Below are positions 19,735 through 28,657 of a DNA stretch of 64,000 bases, one piece after another. The stretch comes from Patescibacteria group bacterium (GTDB lineage Bacteria > Patescibacteriota > Microgenomatia > UBA10105 > UBA927): the NCBI GenBank assembly GCA_049322955.1, contig JBMOPU010000012.1, forward strand, positions 408,150 through 472,149, written 5' to 3'. The notes beneath the pieces are model-generated. The model ran no database searches. It was not told where the DNA came from and was given only the letters and a program-made list of their open reading frames with translations. Positions within the stretch are counted from its first letter, which is position 1. The number at the start of each line of letters is the position of its first letter. A program made the position numbers and the translations under genes.

Positions 19735-20448
19735 TTACTTCAGCAATTCACCGAGGATACCCAGGCCGAAGTACAGACCGTACCCGATACTTATTATCCC
19801 CGCAATCACGGTTGCAATCCGGTCAAACCGCTCGAATTTTTTGCTCCCGGCAAGCATGGGAATTCCAAGCAGGGTCGTAATGATCATCATGCCGACGATG
19901 GTACCGACACCGAAAATGGCAAGATAGACAATTGCGGTGATCTGATCGGAGATACTCCCTAGCACAAGAAGTGCTACTGCCGCCGAGCCCGCAAGCCCAT
20001 GAATAAGCCCGACAATCAGCGGCCGGACGAGGGAAAATAAGCCGTGTTCCATAACAAACGCATCAACACCGGCGTGATGATGAGGGGGGATATTTTCCCC
20101 GTGCGGATGCGTATGGGTATGATACCGCGACAGGGAGCGTACTAATTTCCCCATGATCCCCGTAAGGTTGAGGAACCCAAGAATGATCAGGGTGACGGCG
20201 ACGATAAGTTCAAACGTAAGCTGTGCTTTTTCCGGGATTGTTATACGGAAAACGATCATCGCGATCCCCACCACAATAATCATAAATGTGTGACCGATAC
20301 CCCAGGTGATGCCGACCAATGCCGCGTGACGAAGCTTCTTTTGTCGGGACACGATGGTTGTTACCGCAACCACATGATCGGCATCCGTCGCGTGTTTGAG
20401 CCCCAAAAGAAACCCCAATATAAGGACGGAAAATGGTGAGAGATTCAT
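19735..20448 (-). CDS. High-affinity nickel/cobalt transporter (NicO/HoxN, UreH-like)
   Basis: GLKHATDADHVVAV, WGIGH, His-rich loop, HGLAGSAA. Confidence 0.9.
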   Translation of the reverse strand: MNLSPFSVLILGFLLGLKHATDADHVVAVTTIVSRQKKLRHAALVGITWGIGHTFMIIVVGIAMIVFRITIPEKAQLTFELIVAVTLIILGFLNLTGIMGKLVRSLSRYHTHTHPHGENIPPHHHAGVDAFVMEHGLFSLVRPLIVGLIHGLAGSAAVALLVLGSISDQITAIVYLAIFGVGTIVGMMIITTLLGIPMLAGSKKFERFDRIATVIAGIISIGYGLYFGLGILGELLK

Positions 20449-20452
20449 AATG

Positions 20453-20956
20453 TTAGGCAAACAAGACAAGCAGGGTAACGATCCACAGCGCGATCTCAAG
20501 ATACATCACCCAATGCTTCGTGTACCAGTGTACCCATTCACGGGTATTTGCGGGAACGATAGGGAGCATGGTGATGAAGCTGTATTTTTTCTTTACCCAC
20601 GGTCCCAACCAGGCAATACCGTGATAAATGGAAAAGGTATCCATGACAAAATGCAAGAAAACGGTGATTGCGGCGAGTCCCATATACGGATAGAAATAGC
20701 GGATCGAAAAAGGAAGTGCCAACAGCGACACCAATCCCAAAACCAAAAACCAGTTGGCGGGGTAGTGTGAGAAGTTTTTAAACGTATTGTGATGGTCATA
20801 GACCTTTCGTAGCGAGACAAGTCCGTCGATATCGGGAATATTGGCAAACGCGATACCGAGAATATACGGAGTCACGGTCCCATCGGGGAGCCATCCCTGG
20901 TTCACAAAAAATCGGGTGACGAGAAAACCGACTGCCGCGTGGGATGGTGTCGTCAT
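20453..20956 (-). CDS. Membrane metal-dependent hydrolase (YdjM-like)
   Basis: SH...PDID...SH...HFVMD...GI.W..P. Confidence 0.75.
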   Translation of the reverse strand: MTTPSHAAVGFLVTRFFVNQGWLPDGTVTPYILGIAFANIPDIDGLVSLRKVYDHHNTFKNFSHYPANWFLVLGLVSLLALPFSIRYFYPYMGLAAITVFLHFVMDTFSIYHGIAWLGPWVKKKYSFITMLPIVPANTREWVHWYTKHWVMYLEIALWIVTLLVLFA

Positions 20957-20960
20957 AGGG

Positions 20961-21296
20961 TTATTTCACTTTCGGCTGGGTCTGGCGCTTTGCAATCTTT
21001 CCTAAGGTGTACATCACGCGCTTATGAAGGTCAATATTTTTTATGCGCGCAAACCGGATAACCGATACAATGATATCTCCCAATTCCTGTTCGTACGTTT
21101 CGTCCTGTTGTGCGGCGATGTTGGTGGGTTTTCTGCCGTGTTTGGCTAAGTATGCCCTGGCCATTTCGCCGATCTCCTCGACCAGGGAAAGAATCAGGAA
21201 TGATCCGAATTCCTCTTTGTTTTTGACATCCCGATCTGCTTCTTCAAGGATCGTTATGTATTTACCGAACGGGGAGTGAATTTGCGGTTTTTTCAT
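20961..21296 (-). CDS. MazG-like nucleotide pyrophosphohydrolase
   Basis: LVEEIGE...ELGD motif. Confidence 0.85.
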   Translation of the reverse strand: MKKPQIHSPFGKYITILEEADRDVKNKEEFGSFLILSLVEEIGEMARAYLAKHGRKPTNIAAQQDETYEQELGDIIVSVIRFARIKNIDLHKRVMYTLGKIAKRQTQPKVK

Positions 21297-21327
21297 CCCT
21301 ACAGTATAGCAGAAGTGCCCTCGGCAC

Positions 21328-21705
21328 CTACTTTCCGCCGATAATCTGGACGGTGTTGCCGTCGGGATCGGAGAACGTGGCAAACCATTTCTCAAACGTC
21401 GGTGCTTTAAACGGTGTCGCGATAAACGTCACTCCCTTTCCCTTAAGATACTCGTAAGCCTCGCTTACCGAGTCCACATTGACGTTAAACATGATGCGGA
21501 GCGGGTCTTTATTAACGCCTTTTATCTCGGAATGCTTGCCTGCCCAGAGCCATGGCTGACCATCGGGAAATTCCATTAAAATACCGGTGTCATTCGGATG
21601 ATCCAATTGCTCTATAACCTTTACTTTGAACACATCCTGATACCATCTGGCTAACCGCTCATAATCCTGGCTCCAGAGAAGAATTGTGGTGATTTTATGA
21701 AACAT
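21328..21705 (-). CDS. VOC (glyoxalase/bleomycin resistance) family protein
   Basis: WY..VF, F.V..V, F.DPDGN. Confidence 0.88.
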   Translation of the reverse strand: MFHKITTILLWSQDYERLARWYQDVFKVKVIEQLDHPNDTGILMEFPDGQPWLWAGKHSEIKGVNKDPLRIMFNVNVDSVSEAYEYLKGKGVTFIATPFKAPTFEKWFATFSDPDGNTVQIIGGK

Positions 21706-21734
21706 ATACGCGTACTGTACTGGCATCATGTCCG

Positions 21735-21935
21735 CTAGTCAAGCGCATCCGCAATCGTATGGGTAAAAAAGAGAATTACCAGTCCGGCGGCAAGCGAAAC
21801 GATATAACTGATAAGTTCATGATCAGGGAAGACGTATAAATCCATGAGTCCCCAGGCGCCTCGCCAAAAAAGGACGACTGCGACAGCGATCAAGATGACA
21901 CGAGTAAGAGATGGTTTATTGCGCGGCGTTTTCAT
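21735..21935 (-). CDS. Small two-TM membrane protein
   Basis: VLFWRGAWGLMD motif; two hydrophobic helices. Confidence 0.7.
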   Translation of the reverse strand: MKTPRNKPSLTRVILIAVAVVLFWRGAWGLMDLYVFPDHELISYIVSLAAGLVILFFTHTIADALD

Positions 21936-21995
21936 CGTGGCGAATAATTCCACTGTCAGTATATCACGAGCGTGTGGAGTAAAGCGGAGCGTAAA

Positions 21996-22376
21996 TTATT
22001 CGGATGCGGCGAGTTCCTGTTTTCTTGTCTCAAGGATAAAACAGCCGCTCACGGTGTCCTTATTTCGTACTGCCGTTTGCATAAGTCCGGTGTTGGCAAA
22101 TCGACATCTACGGCATTTAATCGGGACATCACCTTCCTGCCACGCTTCTGTTACCGCATCAAACAGCTTGCGAACCGTTTTTGGATCCACTTCTCGGCGG
22201 TATAGGCGAGGTCCGCCCGTACGTTTAACCTCCATGCAATCCGCGGTGTGAAGTGTTTTTTTTGCGATTCCTTCCCTTACTCCCGCGAGTCGGGAGACAT
22301 ACATGATGCTAAAGCCATACTCCTGGCTCACCGGCATAACATGCATAATTCGTTGTACCTTTTGTGTTTCGTTCAT
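21996..22376 (-). CDS. Hypothetical protein (possible Zn-binding, H...C, CxxC)
   Basis: 126-aa ATG ORF. Confidence 0.5.
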   Translation of the reverse strand: MNETQKVQRIMHVMPVSQEYGFSIMYVSRLAGVREGIAKKTLHTADCMEVKRTGGPRLYRREVDPKTVRKLFDAVTEAWQEGDVPIKCRRCRFANTGLMQTAVRNKDTVSGCFILETRKQELAASE

Positions 22377-22460
22377 AGCGAAGTGAAATTATACAGGCAA
22401 ACGAGCACGCAGTCAATTATTATAGGATATTTAAAAGAAAAGTGGACGATAGAAAAGCGA

Positions 22461-22871
22461 CTAGGCCTCGTTCATCACCCCTCGGCAATTTTTTGCCCCG
22501 CAGTGACAGGGCTCGCGTTTGGAATCTTTGTCAAAGGCATAGTCGATAAACAGTTCTTCATCTTTTTTGATATCGCGAAGCGCCACGTAGTAGATATGCC
22601 TGTCTTTGATAATGCCTTCCACATTGGGGTCACACGAATGGTTCACGAAGCGTGAATCATTGCCGCCCACGGCGCCATCGATACTTTCGTGATCATTGAT
22701 CTGGTAGATATAGGTCACCCCGGTTTTATCGTTTTCAATTTCTCGGCGGTTTTCCTCATCCCGCGAGATCAACTCACCCGTGTATTCAAAAATACGGGTG
22801 CCTGCGGGAATGTCTTCGGTCGCAAAAACGCCAAGACCATGAATGTGAGAATCTTTAACGATTGTGTGCAT
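22461..22871 (-). CDS. SET-domain protein-lysine N-methyltransferase with post-SET
   Basis: HGLGVFA, EYTGE, RFVNHSCDPN, EELFIDY, CHCGAKNCRG. Confidence 0.95.
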   Translation of the reverse strand: MHTIVKDSHIHGLGVFATEDIPAGTRIFEYTGELISRDEENRREIENDKTGVTYIYQINDHESIDGAVGGNDSRFVNHSCDPNVEGIIKDRHIYYVALRDIKKDEELFIDYAFDKDSKREPCHCGAKNCRGVMNEA

Positions 22872-22885
22872 AGGGAAACCGCGTG

Positions 22886-23095
22886 CTAGTCGGTAGTTTG
22901 TGGAGAAGCGTAGCTCTCAAGATATCCGCATTTTTCACAGCAGTAGGTTTTTATTTCTTTCTTATCCGTGAGCCCCCAGGAGCCGAAAATTTGCAGTCCG
23001 GTACCCCAGTTTTGTTTGGTGATAACACTTAAATCGGTCGTCGCATCACCGATAAATCCCTCTGCCATTTTGCCGTCACATTTGGGGCATTTCAT
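22886..23095 (-). CDS. Small zinc-ribbon protein
   Basis: MKCPKC..M.EG ... C.KCGYLESYA. Confidence 0.8.
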   Translation of the reverse strand: MKCPKCDGKMAEGFIGDATTDLSVITKQNWGTGLQIFGSWGLTDKKEIKTYCCEKCGYLESYASPQTTD

Positions 23096-23270
23096 TGTTT
23101 GCTCCTTTTTATATCGTATGAATACACCATAGTATAATCAAAACGTGCAAAGAAACAAAATGCGTACCAAATCAGGTTCTATCGATTGGTGACCGTATCG
23201 GAATTGTTGACCTACGGGAAGAAATAAAGCAGTGGAAAAAAGAAGCGATAACGGCCAAGGAAGTTCACGG

Positions 23271-23606
23271 TCAAAAACCCTTCAAAAGGATATTTACCGC
23301 ATTCACAACGACCGATAAACCGAAAAAACCTGCGAGGAACGGCGTGATTGCGAACGGAACTTTGCAGAGTTTTAATACTCCGGCAATACCCATGAGAAAG
23401 AGTCCGATACCGATGACACCACCGAGAAGCATAAGCGGCAACCCGCCCATCCCGATATCCGGGCTATTCAATTGCGGAAAAATCACAAGCAGGGGCGCCG
23501 TACTGACGGCAAATAGGTACGATAATCCCTTCCGTACAACGACGAACAGAAACATGAGATAACTCAATGCTCCAAGAATAACGCTAACGGTTGTTGTTTT
23601 TGACAT
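23271..23606 (-). CDS. Small membrane protein
   Basis: Three to four hydrophobic helices. Confidence 0.65.
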   Translation of the reverse strand: MSKTTTVSVILGALSYLMFLFVVVRKGLSYLFAVSTAPLLVIFPQLNSPDIGMGGLPLMLLGGVIGIGLFLMGIAGVLKLCKVPFAITPFLAGFFGLSVVVNAVNILLKGF

Positions 23607-23665
23607 AGTTTAATCGCCGCTTAAGTAATTGCAGTCCTCCGTTCCTTTCAGCATACTGCAATATT

Positions 23666-23905
23666 GTCTCGACGTCGAACCCTGGGGGTCAATGGGAATC
23701 TCAACCTCGGTTCTTGCCTGGTGGCACTTCGGGAAGGAGCTTCGCTCCGTCTCCGCCGATAACAACGTGCCGCGTTATCGTCTCGACGTCGAACCCTGGG
23801 GGTTCGTCATCCACACCTTCGGATACAAAAAAGACTCCAGGAAGGAGTCATTTTTGTATCTGCAAGCTCGGAGGGAATCTCAACCTCGGTTCTTGCCTGG
23901 TGGCA
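23666..23905. repeat. Interleaved direct repeats downstream of tRNA-Trp
   Basis: 24-bp GTCTCGACGTCGAACCCTGGGGGT at 23666 and 23780; 33-bp GGGAATCTCAACCTCGGTTCTTGCCTGGTGGCA at 23694 and 23873. Confidence 0.85.
23822..23860. terminator. Bidirectional terminator-like inverted repeat
   Basis: GATACAAAAA-AGACTCC / GGAGTC-ATTTTTGTATC. Confidence 0.6.
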
Positions 23906-24011
23906 AGACCTCCGGTCGCGCCTCCTTCGCCTTCGTTCAGTCCGGCGGGTTCGATTCCTTTGATTCTCTATATTCACAAATCGGATCGGTTGATCCGATT
24001 TGTGGAATATG

Positions 24012-24082
24012 CAGGCTCGGAGGGAATCGAACCCCCAATAGAGGTTTTGGAGACCCCTGGTATACCATTTACCTACGAGCCT
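24012..24082 (-). tRNA. tRNA-Trp (CCA)
   Basis: Acceptor AGGCTCG/CGAGCCT; anticodon loop CTCCAAA; T-loop TTCGATT; CCA end not encoded. Confidence 0.95.
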
Positions 24083-24190
24083 AAGTATCCTATTTTATCA
24101 AGTGCAACGGTTTTATTAAACCCTGAGTATAACGCGGAATATCACTTGTCGCTTGCCAATATAGGGTATTTTGCCTATTATCGCGGGATT

Positions 24191-25054
24191 ATGGCGGCGG
24201 CAAGGTTTGAAGTGGGAGCATCAACGGATTTTATGGGCGCTGTGTGGACAGACTCCATGCAGTTTAGTCGTGTGGTGCCGACGGATGAATTTCCCGGTAT
24301 TACGATTGCGGAAATAGTGGGTGTCGGAGGGAAAAAGCGTATCGCCGCGCTTGCGGCCGGCCTCCGTGAACAGAAAATAACGCCGGTGCAACTGCATGGG
24401 GCAACCGGATACTCAGGACGTGAGCCGTGGTACGACGCCGTGAAAGTGCGCGCAATCGGCGTATTCCTCCCGCACCCGGAGGAACTAAAAGGGGATTTTC
24501 CCGATTTGGATCACGTCATTCATGCGCCTGCCGCTATAGAACTCCTCAAAAAAGGTGCCAAACGCACGCCGACGCTTTCCCGGGCCTCACGATGGCTTAT
24601 CGAAAATCATGACACTGGACTCGGAGGGATCACGCATGCACAGGCGGCGGCAAGTCATGCGCAGGATCGCGGTATACCCGCAAATGTCATCGTTGACATC
24701 GGGCACGTTACCCGGAGAATGACGGGCAAAGCGTTTGATGCCGCATGGTCGGCAATGACCCGTTATCTGGAACGGATGACGACCAAAAACAGCGCGATTG
24801 CAGGAATCCATATACCCGAAGGAACATTTGCCGATGATTCGCTACCGAAAACGCTCACGGATGCCCATCGACGGGATTTGGTGACGTCATTGGGACCATC
24901 CGTTCAACGGGTGATATTCGAATACCAACGGAGCCAGCCGCACGGATTACTGCATCTGTTCGGACGAGAGGAACGGCGGGAACGGGCACGGATGAGCAGG
25001 GTTTTTGCCGCATGGGCAAAAGCGGGGTTGTTTAGTTCAGGCGAAGTGAAGTAA
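24191..25054 (+). CDS. Hypothetical protein, possible TIM-barrel (xylose isomerase-like) fold
   Basis: IENH, VDIGH, GIHI, IFE motifs; true start lies after the tRNA. Confidence 0.55.
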   Translation: MAAARFEVGASTDFMGAVWTDSMQFSRVVPTDEFPGITIAEIVGVGGKKRIAALAAGLREQKITPVQLHGATGYSGREPWYDAVKVRAIGVFLPHPEELKGDFPDLDHVIHAPAAIELLKKGAKRTPTLSRASRWLIENHDTGLGGITHAQAAASHAQDRGIPANVIVDIGHVTRRMTGKAFDAAWSAMTRYLERMTTKNSAIAGIHIPEGTFADDSLPKTLTDAHRRDLVTSLGPSVQRVIFEYQRSQPHGLLHLFGREERRERARMSRVFAAWAKAGLFSSGEVK

Positions 25055-25541
25055 TCATGCGGTCAAATATCGGGCCGAAACCCGCAACAAAGACATCAAG
25101 TCCCGTCTTGGGGTGGGTAAAAATAAACTTATCGATCGGCTTCCCGTCTTTCGGTGACGCATCATGGTAAAGCGTTGCGGAAACGCTTGCGGAGCCCGAT
25201 GCCTGGCGTACGACCATTTCCTCCATTTTATCCGGAGTGAGGGGAACTCTCGGCACTTCATCCTGACAGATAACTACCACCGATGTTTCGGGATTATTCG
25301 TATTCGTCAAAATTACCCCGCTTGAAGAACTCTGCATAGGAGTAAGGCTGTCCGGGTATTCAAACGATACACCGCAGGTAGAGTACGACAGATACGAAAC
25401 GGTCGGTGTGGGACTGGTAACGGGAGTGGGGGTAACGGTCGCCGGTTTGTCTCCCGACATGTTTCTCCCCAGATTGAATCCTACAAGAAGCGCCGCAATA
25501 ACCGCCAAAAATGACGAGAAAAGCAGGGTATTTTTATGCAT
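25032..25541 (-). CDS. Membrane-anchored hypothetical protein
   Basis: TM, PT linker, GVSFEYP. Confidence 0.7.
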   Translation of the reverse strand: MHKNTLLFSSFLAVIAALLVGFNLGRNMSGDKPATVTPTPVTSPTPTVSYLSYSTCGVSFEYPDSLTPMQSSSSGVILTNTNNPETSVVVICQDEVPRVPLTPDKMEEMVVRQASGSASVSATLYHDASPKDGKPIDKFIFTHPKTGLDVFVAGFGPIFDRMITSLRLN

Positions 25542-25544
25542 GCC

Positions 25545-25718
25545 TTAGTCCAGTTTGCTGGTCTCTTTATGATCCGTATGTTTTCGGCATTTGCGGCAAT
25601 ACTTTTTGAGCACGATTTTTTCCGTCGTGTTGATTTTGTTTCTGCTGGTGATGTAGTTTTGGGACTTACACACGGTGCAGATCATCGCAAGGGTGATTCG
25701 TTGATCTTTTTTCGCCAT
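25545..25718 (-). CDS. rpmG: 50S ribosomal protein L33 (Zn-binding type; not in the ORF track)
   Basis: Translates to MAKKDQRITLAMICTVCKSQNYITSRNKINTTEKIVLKKYCRKCRKHTDHKETSKLD. Confidence 0.97.
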   Translation of the reverse strand: MAKKDQRITLAMICTVCKSQNYITSRNKINTTEKIVLKKYCRKCRKHTDHKETSKLD

Positions 25719-25745
25719 GGAAGGATTATAGCGGAAAAACGGCGG

Positions 25746-26717
25746 TTACTCAAGCAGGCGCTTTGCGATGATGGTGTTAGCCACCATTTGGGCAAATAGG
25801 GATCGTCCGCTGTCTGAATAGTGGATATGGTCGCCGGGGTTGATATAGCCGATTTTGCCGTTTTCATTTGCGTCCATGCTCGGATGATACGCATCGGCAA
25901 GCGGTAATCCCTGACTTTTGGCAAACGCAATAAGATTTTCAATGTATTGTTTAATTTCCGCCGTTTTGGTGCGTTTGCCTTCCGGTGAAAACGATATGCC
26001 GGGTGCGCCGTCGCCGAATACGTCTGAATTGGGTGCTATTGTTGCGGCAAGGACAATTTTTGCATCGGGAAGTTCCCTCTTTATCGTGTCCACCATGCTG
26101 GCGAGCCTGAGCCAGTGCGTCGTTAAGGCGTCGCTCAAGTCGGGGAGCGGATACGGATTATAGCCAAATGACTCAATGACGACGATATCGGGCTTTTCGG
26201 ATACGACCGAGTTCCTGCCGATACCAAGGTACGAATAACCGTTCGTGAGTCTTCGTAATCCGGAATCGATGTTTTCCGCTCCCACCCCGTGATTGATGAC
26301 CGTGAACGTAGTGTTGGGATATATAGCGTTTAATCGTGCCGCCAGCCCGCCTCCCACGGGACCCAAGGTGTCAACCATAGAATCACCGACGAGAGAAATG
26401 GTATAACTGCGCTTTTTGGTAGCCCGTATGACCGTTTCTTCAGGCGTGGGAGTAGGAGTCGGGGAAAGTGTCGGCGCGAACGTGGGTGACGGTGTGGCAA
26501 CCTCGATAATTGTTGCGGCGGGGCTTGCCGTGATTGTTCCCTCGGTATCGGGAATAGCGTGGAGAAGATCACCGAAGGTGACGATCGGGTGATAATCGGC
26601 GACGAGTCGAGGCAGGTCCAGATCGTCGGGTAGCGGCGAGATTATTTTATCCGCCGCATAGACCGTGGCAGTAAGAAACAACGAGCATGCAACAACAAAA
26701 ATTGCGAACAAACGCAT
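25746..26717 (-). CDS. Secreted SGNH/GDSL hydrolase
   Basis: VGDSM, NHGVG, FGYN, D.IH motifs; signal peptide. Confidence 0.9.
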   Translation of the reverse strand: MRLFAIFVVACSLFLTATVYAADKIISPLPDDLDLPRLVADYHPIVTFGDLLHAIPDTEGTITASPAATIIEVATPSPTFAPTLSPTPTPTPEETVIRATKKRSYTISLVGDSMVDTLGPVGGGLAARLNAIYPNTTFTVINHGVGAENIDSGLRRLTNGYSYLGIGRNSVVSEKPDIVVIESFGYNPYPLPDLSDALTTHWLRLASMVDTIKRELPDAKIVLAATIAPNSDVFGDGAPGISFSPEGKRTKTAEIKQYIENLIAFAKSQGLPLADAYHPSMDANENGKIGYINPGDHIHYSDSGRSLFAQMVANTIIAKRLLE

Positions 26718-26799
26718 AGATCCATCATACCCAAGAAGTCCATTTTGTGCCAGTGAATAATTTCGGTGATGCCACGCCGTTTGTTATAATGGCGCCTCT

Positions 26800-27231
26800 A
26801 TGGCGCGCGAAGCATTGGAACGAATACGTGAAGAAGGCGGCGAAGAAGGATTTACGCTTGCCAATACCCTGATTCGAACCTTCGGCGGTGTCGGCAAGGG
26901 GATTGATGACCGGAGGGTGGTACTTCGCCTTGCGGATGAAGTAGAAGAGGGTCGTATCAGACTGCGTGATCGGGTATTTATCTATCGGAACTCCCGGGGA
27001 CGGGATATGGTGTTCGGGGCGCAGGGCGATACTCTATTGGACGAAGTAGTCGGTATCGCCGCGGGAATCCATGGGGATATCGCCAAAAAACGGCACCTTG
27101 ATCCTATCGAGGATACCGAAGTACGCTCAGGGATTCTTTCCGCAGTGCGGCAGGTATCGTACGAGCTGGAGCGCCGTGCGAGGGTCCGGAAACTCAAAGC
27201 GTGGTTTCGCAATGCACTGAAGCTATCCTAA
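26800..27231 (+). CDS. Hypothetical protein
   Basis: TATAAT close to ATG; 143 aa. Confidence 0.6.
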   Translation: MAREALERIREEGGEEGFTLANTLIRTFGGVGKGIDDRRVVLRLADEVEEGRIRLRDRVFIYRNSRGRDMVFGAQGDTLLDEVVGIAAGIHGDIAKKRHLDPIEDTEVRSGILSAVRQVSYELERRARVRKLKAWFRNALKLS

Positions 27232-27240
27232 TTTTCCGGC

Positions 27241-27627
27241 TCACTCTCTCTTAAGAAGCGTTGCTTCCACGCGCTTGGCCCCAAAGAATTCCTTGCAGAA
27301 TTCTTCCGTTGCTTTGGGGTCATACCAGGCGCACGAAAAAATATTAAGATACACACTCTTTTTATATTCGGAGAAGTGCGCGGTTACGGAACTGGTTTCA
27401 ATAAGTTGAACCAGTGAATACCCGCTCGTTATCGGATTATCATGCCCGAAGTGCGGGATAAGCGCTTCGCCGTAGCGTTTCATTTTGATGACGTCATCGC
27501 AAAGCTTGATAACAAATTCCTTTATCTTTTCTCCGCTGGAGATTGTTGCAAGATCGCAGTCATAGAGATTAAGAATAAGTTCCTGACCGAACATAGTTTC
27601 TTCATTGGGGGTCGGAGAATTTAACAT
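27241..27627 (-). CDS. speD: S-adenosylmethionine decarboxylase proenzyme
   Basis: G.EL..DL..C, GYS.VQLIETSS.T.H self-cleavage site, IFSC. Confidence 0.85.
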   Translation of the reverse strand: MLNSPTPNEETMFGQELILNLYDCDLATISSGEKIKEFVIKLCDDVIKMKRYGEALIPHFGHDNPITSGYSLVQLIETSSVTAHFSEYKKSVYLNIFSCAWYDPKATEEFCKEFFGAKRVEATLLKRE

Positions 27628-27789
27628 ACAAATATTTTGTGAACGAATAGCGCTATCGTTTCGATGAGCTTTTTTCCGCTACACAACCTCAAAAAATAAT
27701 TAATACTGTTTATTCAGATAACGGTATTTTGTTACGGTTGTCAATATATCGGATACGCAAAACGGCGGATTATCCTTTATAATCGCACT

Positions 27790-28653
27790 ATGCACTGGAT
27801 ACTTGCCGGTTTTTTGATGTTTCTTTGTTCGGTCGCCCAATATTTATTGGTGCGAAAAAGCGTGCTCTTAAAGATCCCTTCACCGTTTGTGAATCTTGCA
27901 ATGTTTCTTATCCCCGTCGTACTGTTTGCGGTCACTGCAATATCTTTGGGAACTGACATGTCGGTGAGCATATATGAACTGGCGGTTATCGCCGTCATGG
28001 CGTTTTTCTTTTCGTATCTCGGAAATATTTTCTCCTTACGAAGCATCGAGATTGCGCCGAATCCCGGCTACAGTCTCGTGTTGTCAAAAAGTTATGTCGT
28101 ATTTACGACGCTTGTTGCCATCCCCTTATTCAATCAACAACTTACTCTTCGGGCGGGAGCGGCAATTGCCATTATCATCATCGCATCCGCGCTTATCACC
28201 ATAACCGGGAAGGCAAAACCGGCGTCCCACGTACATCCTTCCTGGTTGCCGTTGGCTGTGGGTGCGTTTTTTTGCTGGGGTATGCTTTCCGTGGCGTCAA
28301 AATACCTCCTCATGATCGGGGTCGGAGTTCTCCCGCGGCTTATTTACACGATGAGTATCGTATCGTTCCTTATCGCGATTGAAATGCGAGTGAAAAAGAT
28401 ACAATGGCGCGCACTTTCCAAAACCGCGTGGGGAGTGCTGTTGGGGATCGGGGTATTGTCAGGAGGATTTAATTACTTTATGCAGGAGGGTTTTGTGACG
28501 GCTCCCAACATCGGATATATCAATGCAATGAACGCGTCATCGATCGGCCTTGTGGTTGTAGGCTCCGCGATATTTTTCCGTGACGAATTTTCGGTACGGA
28601 AATTTATCGGCGTCATCGGGGTCATTATCGGCCTTATGCTTCTTGTCATATAA
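27790..28653 (+). CDS. EamA/DMT family transporter
   Basis: Ten TMs in two repeats, APNPGY/APNIGY. Confidence 0.85.
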   Translation: MHWILAGFLMFLCSVAQYLLVRKSVLLKIPSPFVNLAMFLIPVVLFAVTAISLGTDMSVSIYELAVIAVMAFFFSYLGNIFSLRSIEIAPNPGYSLVLSKSYVVFTTLVAIPLFNQQLTLRAGAAIAIIIIASALITITGKAKPASHVHPSWLPLAVGAFFCWGMLSVASKYLLMIGVGVLPRLIYTMSIVSFLIAIEMRVKKIQWRALSKTAWGVLLGIGVLSGGFNYFMQEGFVTAPNIGYINAMNASSIGLVVVGSAIFFRDEFSVRKFIGVIGVIIGLMLLVI

Positions 28654-28657
28654 CGCC

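Noticed and set aside
23666-23905. CRISPR array
   Set aside because: Only two copies each of two different repeats, irregular spacing, and no cas genes in the window.
23714-24190. N-terminal part of the 446-aa ORF
   Set aside because: Overlaps tRNA-Trp and the repeat mosaic; the likely start is ATG 24191. The same applies to the ORF extensions over tRNA-Thr (31060) and tRNA-Tyr (40096).
27630-27730. SAM riboswitch upstream of speD
   Set aside because: Only a loose resemblance (TGTAGCGGAAAAAAG) to the SAM-II 3' end; the required stems could not be built.
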